The position numbers and the translations under genes were made by a program. From the NCBI GenBank assembly GCA_044442865.1, contig JBISJU010000001.1:31402-95401 (forward strand): DNA of 64,000 nucleotides. Reading direction: 5' to 3'. The notes under the pieces are model-generated. The model was not told the origin of the DNA. It did not search any database and was given only the letters and a program-made list of their open reading frames with translations. Shown one piece after another: positions 20,650 to 29,929 of this stretch (position 1 is the first letter of the stretch; each line of letters begins with the position of its first letter). The stretch comes from Candidatus Makana argininalis. Its GTDB lineage: Bacteria; Pseudomonadota; Gammaproteobacteria; Enterobacterales; Enterobacteriaceae.

Positions 20650-22495
20650 TTAATCATCTAAAAAACTTCTTAATATTTCTGATCTGCTAGGGTGACGTAA
20701 TTTACGTAAAGCTTTTGCTTCTATTTGACGAATTCTTTCTCTTGTAACTTCAAATTTTTTACCCACTTCTTCTAAAGTATGATCTGTATTCATATCTATT
20801 CCAAATCTCATACGTAAGACTTTAGCTTCTCTAACAGTAAGACCTGCTAAAATATTATTAGTAGCATATCTTAAACTATCTGATGTTGCAGAATCTAATG
20901 GTAATTCAATGTTATTATCTTCAATAAAATCACATAAATGTGCATCTTCATCATTACCTATTTGTGTTTCCATAGAAATAGGTTCTTTAGCGATTTTTAA
21001 AACTTTTCTTATTTTATCTTCTGAAATCATCATTCTTTCAGATAATTCTTCTGGTGTTGGTTCTCTACCTATTTCTTGAATAATTTGTCTTGAAGTTCTA
21101 TTTAATTTATTTATAGTTTCAATCATATGTACTGGTATACGTATTGTACGAGCTTGATCAGCAATTGATCTTGTAATGGATTGGCGTATCCACCATGTTG
21201 CATAAGTAGAAAATTTATAACCACGTTTATATTCAAATTTATCTACAGCTTTCATTAACCCTATATTTCCTTCTTGTATAAGATCTAAAAATTGTAAACC
21301 TCTATTTAAATATTTTTTAGCTATAGATATAACAAGACGTAGATTAGATTCAACCATTTCTTTTTTTGATTTAATAATGTTTATTTTTCCTATAAAAATA
21401 CTTCTATTTATATTTTTTAATTGTCTAATTGTTAGTTTTGTTTGTTTTTCAATTTTATTTAATTCAAATGTATTAACATTTATATCTTTATTTATTTTTT
21501 TTAATTTAATTGACCATGGTGTATTACAAGAAATTGCATAATTAAACCAATTTATTGTTTTATTATTATTATTATTATAAATTTTTACAAAAGTTTTTTT
21601 TGGCATATTACATTTATAAATACATAACTTTATTATTTTATTTTCTTGTATTTTTATTTTATTCATAATAATACTAATTTTATTCATAAGAAAATTCAAT
21701 TGTTTATGAGATAATTTAAATTGTTTAAATATATTATTTAGTTTTTTAATTTCTATTAATGCTTTATAATGATTTCTACCATATTTTTTTATTATTTTTA
21801 TTGTTATCTTGTTTTGTGCACTTAATGCTATAAATTTTTTATTTGCTATTTTAAAATTAATTTTATTATAATTATTCATTCTTTCTTTATTTTTATTATT
21901 ATGTTCTTCTATATTATTTCCAAAATATTTTTCTTTTTTAGATAATTCATTTTTAATATTATTTATTAAAAACAATTCTTTTGAATTTTTATCTATAATA
22001 TTAGATATTACATCAGTTAATTTTATTTTACCTTTTTTAATGTATTCATATTGTTTTAATATATAAATCACAGTATTTGGATATTTAGATATAGATATTC
22101 TAACATTATTTATTCCGTGTTCTATTCGTTTAGATATATTTATTTCTTGTTTTCTATTTAATAAATCAACTGTTCCCATTTCTTTCATATACATTCTTAT
22201 TGCATCATTTGTTTTATATATTTCTGAATCTGAATTTGAAATACATTTATGTGATTCATGTAATATATGTGTATGATAATTATTTTTTTTATTTAAAATA
22301 ACATTATGTAAATTAATATTTTTTTCTATAATTTTTATGCCAATTTTATTAATAATATTAATTATATTTTTAATATTAATATGTTTTTTAAAATCAGCTT
22401 TAATATGATTGTTAATTTGTGAAAAAGTTAAATAACCTTTTTTTTTACCAATTTTAATAAGTAAATTTGTGTTTGTTTTTTTTTTTTTTTTTCAT
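20650..22495 (-). CDS. rpoD: RNA polymerase sigma-70 factor RpoD; the N-terminal ~100 codons are out of frame with the only ATG across an A17 tract
   Basis: The ORF track gives 514 aa from an internal Met (22194), with regions 2-4 almost identical to E. coli sigma-70. The same frame stays open and region-1.1-like up to 22492. The ATG at 22495-22493 is followed by A17 (T17 on the + strand, 22476-22492) and is 1 nt out of frame. The span is 1846 nt, i.e. 615 codons + 1 nt. Confidence 0.93.
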
Positions 22496-22563
22496 AATAT
22501 TACATCCAATTTATTTAAATAAATTTTATTAATTATAAATTATATTTTATAAATATTATTTTT

Positions 22564-24306
22564 TTAAAATTTTGTTAAAGATTTATTTAAATACCATATT
22601 TTTTTTTTTTCTTCAGTTGTAAGAATATTAATTCTTCCTTTGATAATTAAAGATTCTAATTTTTCTTGTATTATTGAATCATAAAGTTTAGATAAAGCAT
22701 CTAAAAAAGTCACTTCAATCATTTCATCAATGATCATGTGATTCCAAATTGCTAATTTTTTAAAATATAAGTAAAATTTACTATAACGATAATTTTCTAA
22801 TAATTGCCCTGTATTTATTTTAGGTAATAAATTACATATTTTAACCATTTCTATAAATAATTTAATACCTGGTTTATTAGATTTTTTAATTTTTTTAAAT
22901 TTTGAAACATGAAAAGCAAGCTTAGGATATTGAATAATTAAACCCATAAGGGTTTTTAAAATATTTTTTTTTATATTTTTCTTAAAAACAAAATTATTGT
23001 TATTTTTATTAAATGAATTAAATTTGTTTAATTTAAAGTCATCAATAATACCAATTTTTTTTCCTAATTCTTTTCTTAAAAATAAACGTAATATTGAACA
23101 TGGTATTTTATTTATTAAATTTAAAGATAATTTAACTAATTTTGCTTTACCTTCATAAGTTTTTAAATCTGATTTTATTAATAAAGTTTCAAACAAAAAT
23201 TTAGATAAAGGTATGGAATTATAAATTTTAGCTTCAAATTTTTTTTTACCTATTTTTCTAATCAACGAATCTGGATCTTCTCCATATGGAATAAACATGA
23301 AACTTATTTTACGATCATTATATAAAAATGGTAAAGATTTTTTAAGAAATTTCCAAGCGGCTTCTTTTCCTGAAATATCTCCATCATAACAACATATAAT
23401 ATGATTTGTTAATCTATATAATAATTTAATATTATTTTTATTTGTATAAGTACCTAAAGAGGATACTGAATATAGTATTCCAAATTGAGTTAATGTTAAA
23501 ACATCGATATAACCTTCAACTATTAATATCATAGGAAAGTTAGATTGTTTTTTTTTAATTTCATATAAACCATATAATTGGTTACTTTTATTAAAAATTA
23601 CTGTTTCAGGTGAATTTAAATATTTTGGATTATTATTATTTAACGATCTTGCTCCAAATCCTACAATAATTCCTTTATTATTTCTAATTGGAAACATAAT
23701 TCTTTCTCTAAACATATCATGCAATAAACCATTTTTATTTTTAAATAATAATCCTGTTTTAGTTATAATTTCAATGGGTAATTTATATTTTTTAAAAAAA
23801 TTAATAATATTATTACCTGGTGGTGAAAATCCTATTGAAAAATAATGCAATATAGATGTATTTATTCCTCTAAATTTTATATAATTATTAGCTTGTAAAA
23901 ATTTTTTATTAATTAATAATGTATTATAAAATTTATTTATTTTATTCATTAATTTATATAAAATATTTTTAATTATATTTTTTTTTTTATAATTGTTATC
24001 AATATTATCATAAATAATTTCTATGTTTTGATTTGATGCTAATTCTTCTATTGTATCAATAAATGTTATTTTTTCATAATTCATTAAAAAATCTATTACA
24101 TTTCCATGTGAACCGCAACCAAAACAATGATAAAATTGTTTTTCATAGTTTACAAAAAAAGAAGGATTTTTTTCTTTATGAAAAGGACAAAAAGCTTTTA
24201 TATATTTACCATGTTTTTTTAAATTAATTTTAGATCCTATAATATCAACTATATTTGTTACATTTAACAATTTATTTATAAAAAATTTATTAATTTTATA
24301 AGACAT
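22564..24306 (-). CDS. dnaG: DNA primase
   Basis: 580-aa ORF. Zn finger CPFHKEKNPSF..CFGCGSHG and a TOPRIM EGYIDV motif. Lies between rpsU and rpoD, as in the E. coli macromolecular-synthesis operon. Confidence 0.94.
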   Translation of the reverse strand: MSYKINKFFINKLLNVTNIVDIIGSKINLKKHGKYIKAFCPFHKEKNPSFFVNYEKQFYHCFGCGSHGNVIDFLMNYEKITFIDTIEELASNQNIEIIYDNIDNNYKKKNIIKNILYKLMNKINKFYNTLLINKKFLQANNYIKFRGINTSILHYFSIGFSPPGNNIINFFKKYKLPIEIITKTGLLFKNKNGLLHDMFRERIMFPIRNNKGIIVGFGARSLNNNNPKYLNSPETVIFNKSNQLYGLYEIKKKQSNFPMILIVEGYIDVLTLTQFGILYSVSSLGTYTNKNNIKLLYRLTNHIICCYDGDISGKEAAWKFLKKSLPFLYNDRKISFMFIPYGEDPDSLIRKIGKKKFEAKIYNSIPLSKFLFETLLIKSDLKTYEGKAKLVKLSLNLINKIPCSILRLFLRKELGKKIGIIDDFKLNKFNSFNKNNNNFVFKKNIKKNILKTLMGLIIQYPKLAFHVSKFKKIKKSNKPGIKLFIEMVKICNLLPKINTGQLLENYRYSKFYLYFKKLAIWNHMIIDEMIEVTFLDALSKLYDSIIQEKLESLIIKGRINILTTEEKKKIWYLNKSLTKF

Positions 24307-24341
24307 TTTTTTAAAAAATAATTTTATTTTTAGTTTAAATA

Positions 24342-24405
24342 AATATTTATAATACTATTGAAAAATAAACATAAATATTTATTTTTCAATAGTATTATAA
24401 ATATT
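24342..24405. repeat. perfect 28-bp inverted repeat with an 8-nt loop between rpsU and dnaG
   Basis: Base-by-base pairing of 24342-24369 with 24378-24405 has no mismatch. The loop is CATAAATA. Confidence 0.9.
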
Positions 24406-24416
24406 AAAAATATTAA

Positions 24417-24632
24417 TTAATATAAACGTTTTTTCCTTAAATTATTTCTCAACATTTTTTTCATATGACGTTTAATAGCAGATGATTTTGCTTTTTTTCT
24501 TTCAGTAGTTGGTTTTTCATAAAATTCTCTTTTACGAAATTCAGATATTATTCCTGCTTTTTCACAAGAACGTTTAAATCTTCTCAATGCTACTTCAAAT
24601 GATTCGTTTTCATATAAAGTAATTGATGGCAT
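24417..24632 (-). CDS. rpsU: 30S ribosomal protein S21
   Basis: 71-aa [30 protein letters not shown] is nearly identical to E. coli S21. Confidence 0.95.
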   Translation of the reverse strand: MPSITLYENESFEVALRRFKRSCEKAGIISEFRKREFYEKPTTERKKAKSSAIKRHMKKMLRNNLRKKRLY

Positions 24633-24811
24633 TTAGTTACCTTAATTTATTATTTATTTAATTATTATATAATAATTTAATTTATTTTAATAATATTTAT
24701 GAAGTTTAAAAATTATAAAAATTATTTATAGTTAAATATAAATTAATTATATATATTATATTATAATCAAATTTTTTGATTATATAAAGTTTATATAACT
24801 GGTTTTTAAAA

Positions 24812-25816
24812 ATGATAATATTAGGAATTGAAACATCTTTTGATGACACATGTGTGTCTTTATATGATACACAAAAAGGTTTAATTAAGAACATCAAACA
24901 TAGTCAAAAAATTCATAATATTTATGGAGGAGTTGTTCCAGAATTAGCTTCTAGAAATCATATATTAAAATTACAAAAATTAATAAAGAAATTATTTTTA
25001 AAATCTTTATTAGATTACAATGATATAAATTGTATAGCATATACTGCAGGACCTGGACTGATTGGTTCTTTAATAGTTGGAGCAACTGTAGGAAGATCAC
25101 TAGCTTATACATTAAAAATACCTTCTATTGCAATAAATCATATGGAAGGACATTTATTATCTCCTATGATTGGAATAAAGAAACCAAAATTCCCTTTTGT
25201 TGCATTATTAGTTTCAGGCGGACATACTCAATTAGTATTAGCAAAAAATATTGGATTATATAAAATTTTAGGAAATTGTGTAGATGATGCAGCAGGAGAA
25301 GTTTTTGATAAAATAGCTACATTACTTGGGTTAAAGTATCCAGGAGGTAAAAAATTAGAAAAGTTAGCAAAATTAGGTACACCAGGAAATTTTTTGTTTA
25401 CTAGACCGATGTTAAAAAAACCTGGATTAGAATTCAGTTTTTCTGGTTTAAAAACTCATGTTTCTAAAATTATTAAAAAAAATTATTTTAATGACAAAAA
25501 AAAAGCAGATATAGCTTTAGCATTTGAAGATGCTGTTATAGATACATTAGTAATAAAATCTAAAAGAGCACTTATTATTACAGGATATAATAAACTTATT
25601 ATAGCAGGAGGTGTTAGTTCTAATAAATCTTTACGTTGTAAAATGAAAAAAATGGTAAATAAAATAAATTGTAAATTAATATGTGCAAAAAAAGAATTCT
25701 GTACTGATAACTCAGTTATGATAGCATACGCAAGTATTTTTAGATTTAATTATAAATATAATAAAAAATTATCTATTTTTGTAAAACCAAAATGGTCTAT
25801 AGAAGATATATATTAA
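24812..25816 (+). CDS. tsaD: tRNA N6-threonylcarbamoyladenosine synthase TsaD (YgjD)
   Basis: 334-aa ORF. ILGIETSFDDT, NHMEGHLLSP and GGHTQL motifs. Divergent from rpsU, as in E. coli. Confidence 0.93.
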   Translation: MIILGIETSFDDTCVSLYDTQKGLIKNIKHSQKIHNIYGGVVPELASRNHILKLQKLIKKLFLKSLLDYNDINCIAYTAGPGLIGSLIVGATVGRSLAYTLKIPSIAINHMEGHLLSPMIGIKKPKFPFVALLVSGGHTQLVLAKNIGLYKILGNCVDDAAGEVFDKIATLLGLKYPGGKKLEKLAKLGTPGNFLFTRPMLKKPGLEFSFSGLKTHVSKIIKKNYFNDKKKADIALAFEDAVIDTLVIKSKRALIITGYNKLIIAGGVSSNKSLRCKMKKMVNKINCKLICAKKEFCTDNSVMIAYASIFRFNYKYNKKLSIFVKPKWSIEDIY

Positions 25817-25886
25817 TAATTTAAATATTATAAAAACATTTAAAAATTTACTTTAAAAAATTTTTTAAAAGGTTAATATAGTTTAT

Positions 25887-27272
25887 ATGTCAGAAAAAAA
25901 AAAAACTCAAAAATCTCATTTGTTTAAATTAAATATTCCAGATATTAAAACTCCTCCTTATTCATTAGAAGCAGAACAATCTGTTCTTGGTGGATTAATG
26001 CTTGATAATAATAAATGGGAAAATATATCTGATGTTTTAATAAGCAATGATTTTTTTATTTATGCTCATCGTATCATTTTTAATGAAATGCAATTTTTAT
26101 TAGGATTGAAAAAACCAATTGATTTGATTACTATATCAGAATCTTTAGAACAAAAAAAAAAATTAGATATTTCTGGCGGTTTTACTTATTTAGCAGATTT
26201 ATCAAAAAATACACCCAGTGTATCAAATATAGATGCTTATGCTAATATTGTTAGAGAAAAAGCAATAATTAGAGAAATGATAACAGTTGCAAAAGAAATA
26301 GCGGATTCTGGTTATAACACTAAAGGAAGACATATTGATGATTTATTAGATATAGCTGAATCTTTAGTATTTCAAATATCAGAAAAAAGAATTAACAATC
26401 ATATAGGACCAAAAAAAATTGAAAATATTTTAAAAAATACAGTAAATAAAATAAAATTTTTATATAAAAATCCAAAAAATAATATTACTGGTATTTCAAG
26501 TGGTTATAAAGATTTAGATAATAAAACTTATGGATTTCAAAAATCAGATTTAATTATAATAGCTGCAAGACCTTCTATGGGAAAAACAACATTTGCAATG
26601 AATATTTGTGAAAATGTTTCAATTAAAGAAAATAAACCAGTATTAATATTTAGTTTAGAAATGACAATAGAACAGATAATGATAAGAATGTTATCATCAA
26701 TGTCAAGGGTAGATCAAACCTGTATACGTACAGGCTTATTAGATGATAAAAATTGGTCAAAAATATCTAATATAATTAGAATTTTATTAAAAAAAAAAAA
26801 TATATATATTGATGATTCATCAGAATTAACACCAATCTCATTAAGATCACGAGCTAGAAGAATTTATAAAGAAAATAATGGTTTAAGTTTAATTATGATA
26901 GACTATCTTCAGTTAATAAGAGTTCCATCATTATCTGATAATCGTACTATTGAAATAGCAGAAATTTCTAGATCTTTAAAATTTTTAGCTAAAGAACTTA
27001 AAGTACCTGTAATAGCAATATCACAATTAAATAGAAGTTTAGAACAAAGATCAGATAAAAGACCGATAAATTCTGATTTACGTGAATCAGGTTCTATTGA
27101 ACAAGACGCGGATTTAATTATGTTTATTTATAGAGATGAAATATATAATGAAAATAGTAATATGAAAGGAATAGCAGAAATAATTTTAGGTAAACAACGT
27201 AATGGCCCTATAGGTAAAATTAGACTTAATTTTAATGGAAAAATATCAAGATTTGATGATTATAAAATGTAA
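25887..27272 (+). CDS. dnaB: replicative DNA helicase
   Basis: 461-aa ORF. PPYSLEAEQSVLGGLML, Walker A AARPSMGKTTFA, and IAISQLNRSLEQR. Confidence 0.96.
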   Translation: MSEKKKTQKSHLFKLNIPDIKTPPYSLEAEQSVLGGLMLDNNKWENISDVLISNDFFIYAHRIIFNEMQFLLGLKKPIDLITISESLEQKKKLDISGGFTYLADLSKNTPSVSNIDAYANIVREKAIIREMITVAKEIADSGYNTKGRHIDDLLDIAESLVFQISEKRINNHIGPKKIENILKNTVNKIKFLYKNPKNNITGISSGYKDLDNKTYGFQKSDLIIIAARPSMGKTTFAMNICENVSIKENKPVLIFSLEMTIEQIMIRMLSSMSRVDQTCIRTGLLDDKNWSKISNIIRILLKKKNIYIDDSSELTPISLRSRARRIYKENNGLSLIMIDYLQLIRVPSLSDNRTIEIAEISRSLKFLAKELKVPVIAISQLNRSLEQRSDKRPINSDLRESGSIEQDADLIMFIYRDEIYNENSNMKGIAEIILGKQRNGPIGKIRLNFNGKISRFDDYKM

Positions 27273-27348
27273 GATTGATTATTTCAGTAATTTTAATAAC
27301 ACAAATTATATTAATCCAATTTTATTTAAAAAAAAATTATTTAAAAAT

Positions 27349-27377
27349 TTGACATTTTGATAAAAAAAAAATATAAT
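27349..27377 (+). promoter_or_regulatory. consensus sigma-70 promoter (TTGACA-17 nt-TATAAT) for tRNA-Asn
   Basis: TTGACA at 27349-27354, an exact 17-nt spacer, and TATAAT at 27372-27377. The mature tRNA 5' end lies 10 nt downstream, at 27387. Confidence 0.55.
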
Positions 27378-27386
27378 TGTTTAAAA

Positions 27387-27459
27387 TCCTCTGTAGTTCA
27401 GTAGGTAGAACGGCGGACTGTTAATCCGTATGTCACTGGTTCGAACCCAGTCAGAGGAG
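27387..27459 (+). tRNA. tRNA-Asn (GTT)
   Basis: TCCTCTGTAGTTCAGT.GGTAGAACGGCGGACTGTTAATCCGTATGTCACTGGTTCGA.CCCAGTCAGAGGAG is almost identical to E. coli tRNA-Asn. No encoded CCA. Confidence 0.92.
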
Positions 27460-27473
27460 AAAATTAAAAATAA

Positions 27474-28724
27474 TTAAAAATTTTTACGTATTACTCCATA
27501 ACCTCCACATTTTTTACATGTTTGATAGTTAAATATATTTATAGATTTATTTAATCTCTGACGAGATAATTCTAATATATAAAAACGTGAAATTTTAGTA
27601 AAATATATTTTAGCACTATCTTTTTTAAATAATTTTTTAAAAAATTTTTCTAATATATTTTTATTTTTAAAATTATTCATATTTATAAAATCAATAATAA
27701 TTAAACCATTTATATTTCTAAATATAATTTGTCTAAAAATTTCATAAGCAGCTTCAATATTAGTATTAAAAGAAGTTTCTTTAATATTTAAACCCTGTTT
27801 GGATTTAAAAGAATTTACATCAATAGATGTTAAAGATTCATGATTTTCAATAATAATAGAACCACCTGATGGTAATTTTATTTTTCTTTTGAAAATTGAT
27901 TCTATTTGATTATCGATTTGATAATAACTAAAAATATTTTGTTTATTATTAAAAAGTTTAATATTTTTTTTACAAAATTTTTCTTTAAAAAATAAAGAAT
28001 TTTTTTTAAGAAATTTTAATAATTTACTATTATCTAATATAATTTCTTTTATATCGTATTTTAAATAATTACGAAAATAATTATTAATTATGTTGTTTTC
28101 TTTATAAAGTAAAAATGGAGCTTTTACATTATTATAAGTATTTTTTATTAATTTCCAATTTTTATTTATAAAAGAAATATCATATTTTAAATCAATAGAT
28201 GATTTACCTATACCTGATGTTCTCACTATAATTCCCATATTTTTAGGTAAATTAATATTAGTAATTTTAGATTTTATTTTTTTTCTATCTAAACCTTCTA
28301 TCTTACGTGAAATACCTAATATTTTAGGATTATTAGGTATTAATATTAAATAATTTCCATATAAATTAATAAAAGTAGTTAATTTTGCACATTTATTTTC
28401 ATTTTCTTCTTGATATATTTGTACTATTATTTCTTGACCTACATAAATATTATTTTTAATATTATTATTATTTAAATTATATTTTTTATCACAATATTCA
28501 TTACAAATATGTTTATTTTGCAAAAAACCATGACGCTCATCACCATAATCTACAAATACTGCATTTAAACTAGGTTCTATTTTAGATATTATACCTTTGT
28601 ATATATTAAATTTTTTTTGTTTTTTATTTGTTATATAAATATCTAATTCACAAAGATGTTGTCCGTCTATTACAGCAATAATTATTTCTTTTTTTTTAAT
28701 TTTACTAATTAAAATTTTTATCAT
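27474..28724 (-). CDS. rne: ribonuclease E, naturally truncated (large catalytic domain plus Zn-link only)
   Basis: 416-aa ORF. NIYKGIISKIEPSLNAVFVDYGDERHGFL (S1 domain), SIDVNS (D303 equivalent), IIDFINM (D346 equivalent). It ends CKKCGGYGVIRKNF, the CPxCxGxG Zn-link at about residue 404-407 of the 1061-aa E. coli enzyme. Divergent from rluC, as in E. coli. Confidence 0.88.
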   Translation of the reverse strand: MIKILISKIKKKEIIIAVIDGQHLCELDIYITNKKQKKFNIYKGIISKIEPSLNAVFVDYGDERHGFLQNKHICNEYCDKKYNLNNNNIKNNIYVGQEIIVQIYQEENENKCAKLTTFINLYGNYLILIPNNPKILGISRKIEGLDRKKIKSKITNINLPKNMGIIVRTSGIGKSSIDLKYDISFINKNWKLIKNTYNNVKAPFLLYKENNIINNYFRNYLKYDIKEIILDNSKLLKFLKKNSLFFKEKFCKKNIKLFNNKQNIFSYYQIDNQIESIFKRKIKLPSGGSIIIENHESLTSIDVNSFKSKQGLNIKETSFNTNIEAAYEIFRQIIFRNINGLIIIDFINMNNFKNKNILEKFFKKLFKKDSAKIYFTKISRFYILELSRQRLNKSINIFNYQTCKKCGGYGVIRKNF

Positions 28725-28852
28725 TATAAATTACTCATTATATAAATTTAATTTAAATTAATAATTAAATTTAAAAATATATTTTATTTATTAATTTCTT
28801 ATTGGATATAAATAATAATTATTTTTTAAAAATTAAAATTATTTATTTTTAA

Positions 28853-28916
28853 AAATTTAAACATTATTTATATAATTAAATAATATAATTTAATTATATA
28901 AATAATGTTTAAATTT
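28853..28916. repeat. perfect 29-bp inverted repeat with a 6-nt loop in the rne/rluC divergent intergenic region
   Basis: 28853-28881 pairs without mismatch with 28888-28916. The loop is AATATA. Confidence 0.9.
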
Positions 28917-28938
28917 AATCACTTTTATAAAATTAACT

Positions 28939-29886
28939 ATGATTATAAAAAAATTTAAATTAATTAATGTTTCTTATGAAAAATCTAATCAAAGAATAGA
29001 TAATTTTTTAATTCATTATTTTAAAAAAATATCAAAAAATTTATTATATTTGTTTATTCGTAAAGGTTTAATTTTAGTTAATAATAAAAAAATAAACCAA
29101 AAATATAAAATAAATTATAATGATATAATAAAAATTCCAGAAATAATTTTAAAAAAAAAAAAAAAAATAAAAATTATAAATAACATAAAAATTGATTTAT
29201 TAAAAAAATCGATAATTTATGAAGATAATTATCTTATTATTATTAATAAACCATCTGAAATATCAGTACATGGATGTTTAAATTCAAGAATAGGTATTAT
29301 TGAATATTTTAGAATTTTACGTCCTAAATTAAGTTTTTTAGAATTAGTGCATAGATTAGATAAAGAAACATCAGGAGTATTAATTTTGGCAAAAAAAAAA
29401 ACAATTTTATGTGATTTACATAATCAATTAAGAGATAAAAAAATCAAAAAAGAATATTTAGCTTTAGTTAAAGGTCGTTGGAATAAAAATATTAAATATG
29501 TATCTCAACCATTATTAAAAAAAAAAAAAAATAATAATAAACATATGGTAAAAATTAATAGTTCAGGAAAAAAATCTAAAACATTATTTAATGTAAAAGA
29601 AAGATTTAAAATAGCAACTTTACTAAAAGTTATTCCATTAACTGGAAGAACTCATCAAATTAGAGTTCATGCCTTATTTGCAGGACATCCTATAGCATTT
29701 GATAATAGATATGGTGATAAAAGTTTTGATAAAAAATTAAAACTGTGTGGACTTAAAAGTTTATTTTTACATGCAAGTTCAATTATTTTTAATCATCCTG
29801 TTAATCATAAAATCATAAATATAAAAGCTGAATTAAATTTAAAAATGAAAGAATGTATAATATATTTACGTGAATATAATAAATAA
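28939..29886 (+). CDS. rluC: 23S rRNA pseudouridine synthase RluC
   Basis: 315-aa ORF. RluA-family catalytic motif HRLDKETSGVL and GRTHQIRVH. Position is divergent from rne. Contains in-frame A17 and A15 tracts. Confidence 0.88.
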   Translation: MIIKKFKLINVSYEKSNQRIDNFLIHYFKKISKNLLYLFIRKGLILVNNKKINQKYKINYNDIIKIPEIILKKKKKIKIINNIKIDLLKKSIIYEDNYLIIINKPSEISVHGCLNSRIGIIEYFRILRPKLSFLELVHRLDKETSGVLILAKKKTILCDLHNQLRDKKIKKEYLALVKGRWNKNIKYVSQPLLKKKKNNNKHMVKINSSGKKSKTLFNVKERFKIATLLKVIPLTGRTHQIRVHALFAGHPIAFDNRYGDKSFDKKLKLCGLKSLFLHASSIIFNHPVNHKIINIKAELNLKMKECIIYLREYNK

Positions 29887-29929
29887 ATATTTAAAAAAAT
29901 TTATATTTTAAAAGGAAAAAATATAAAAA

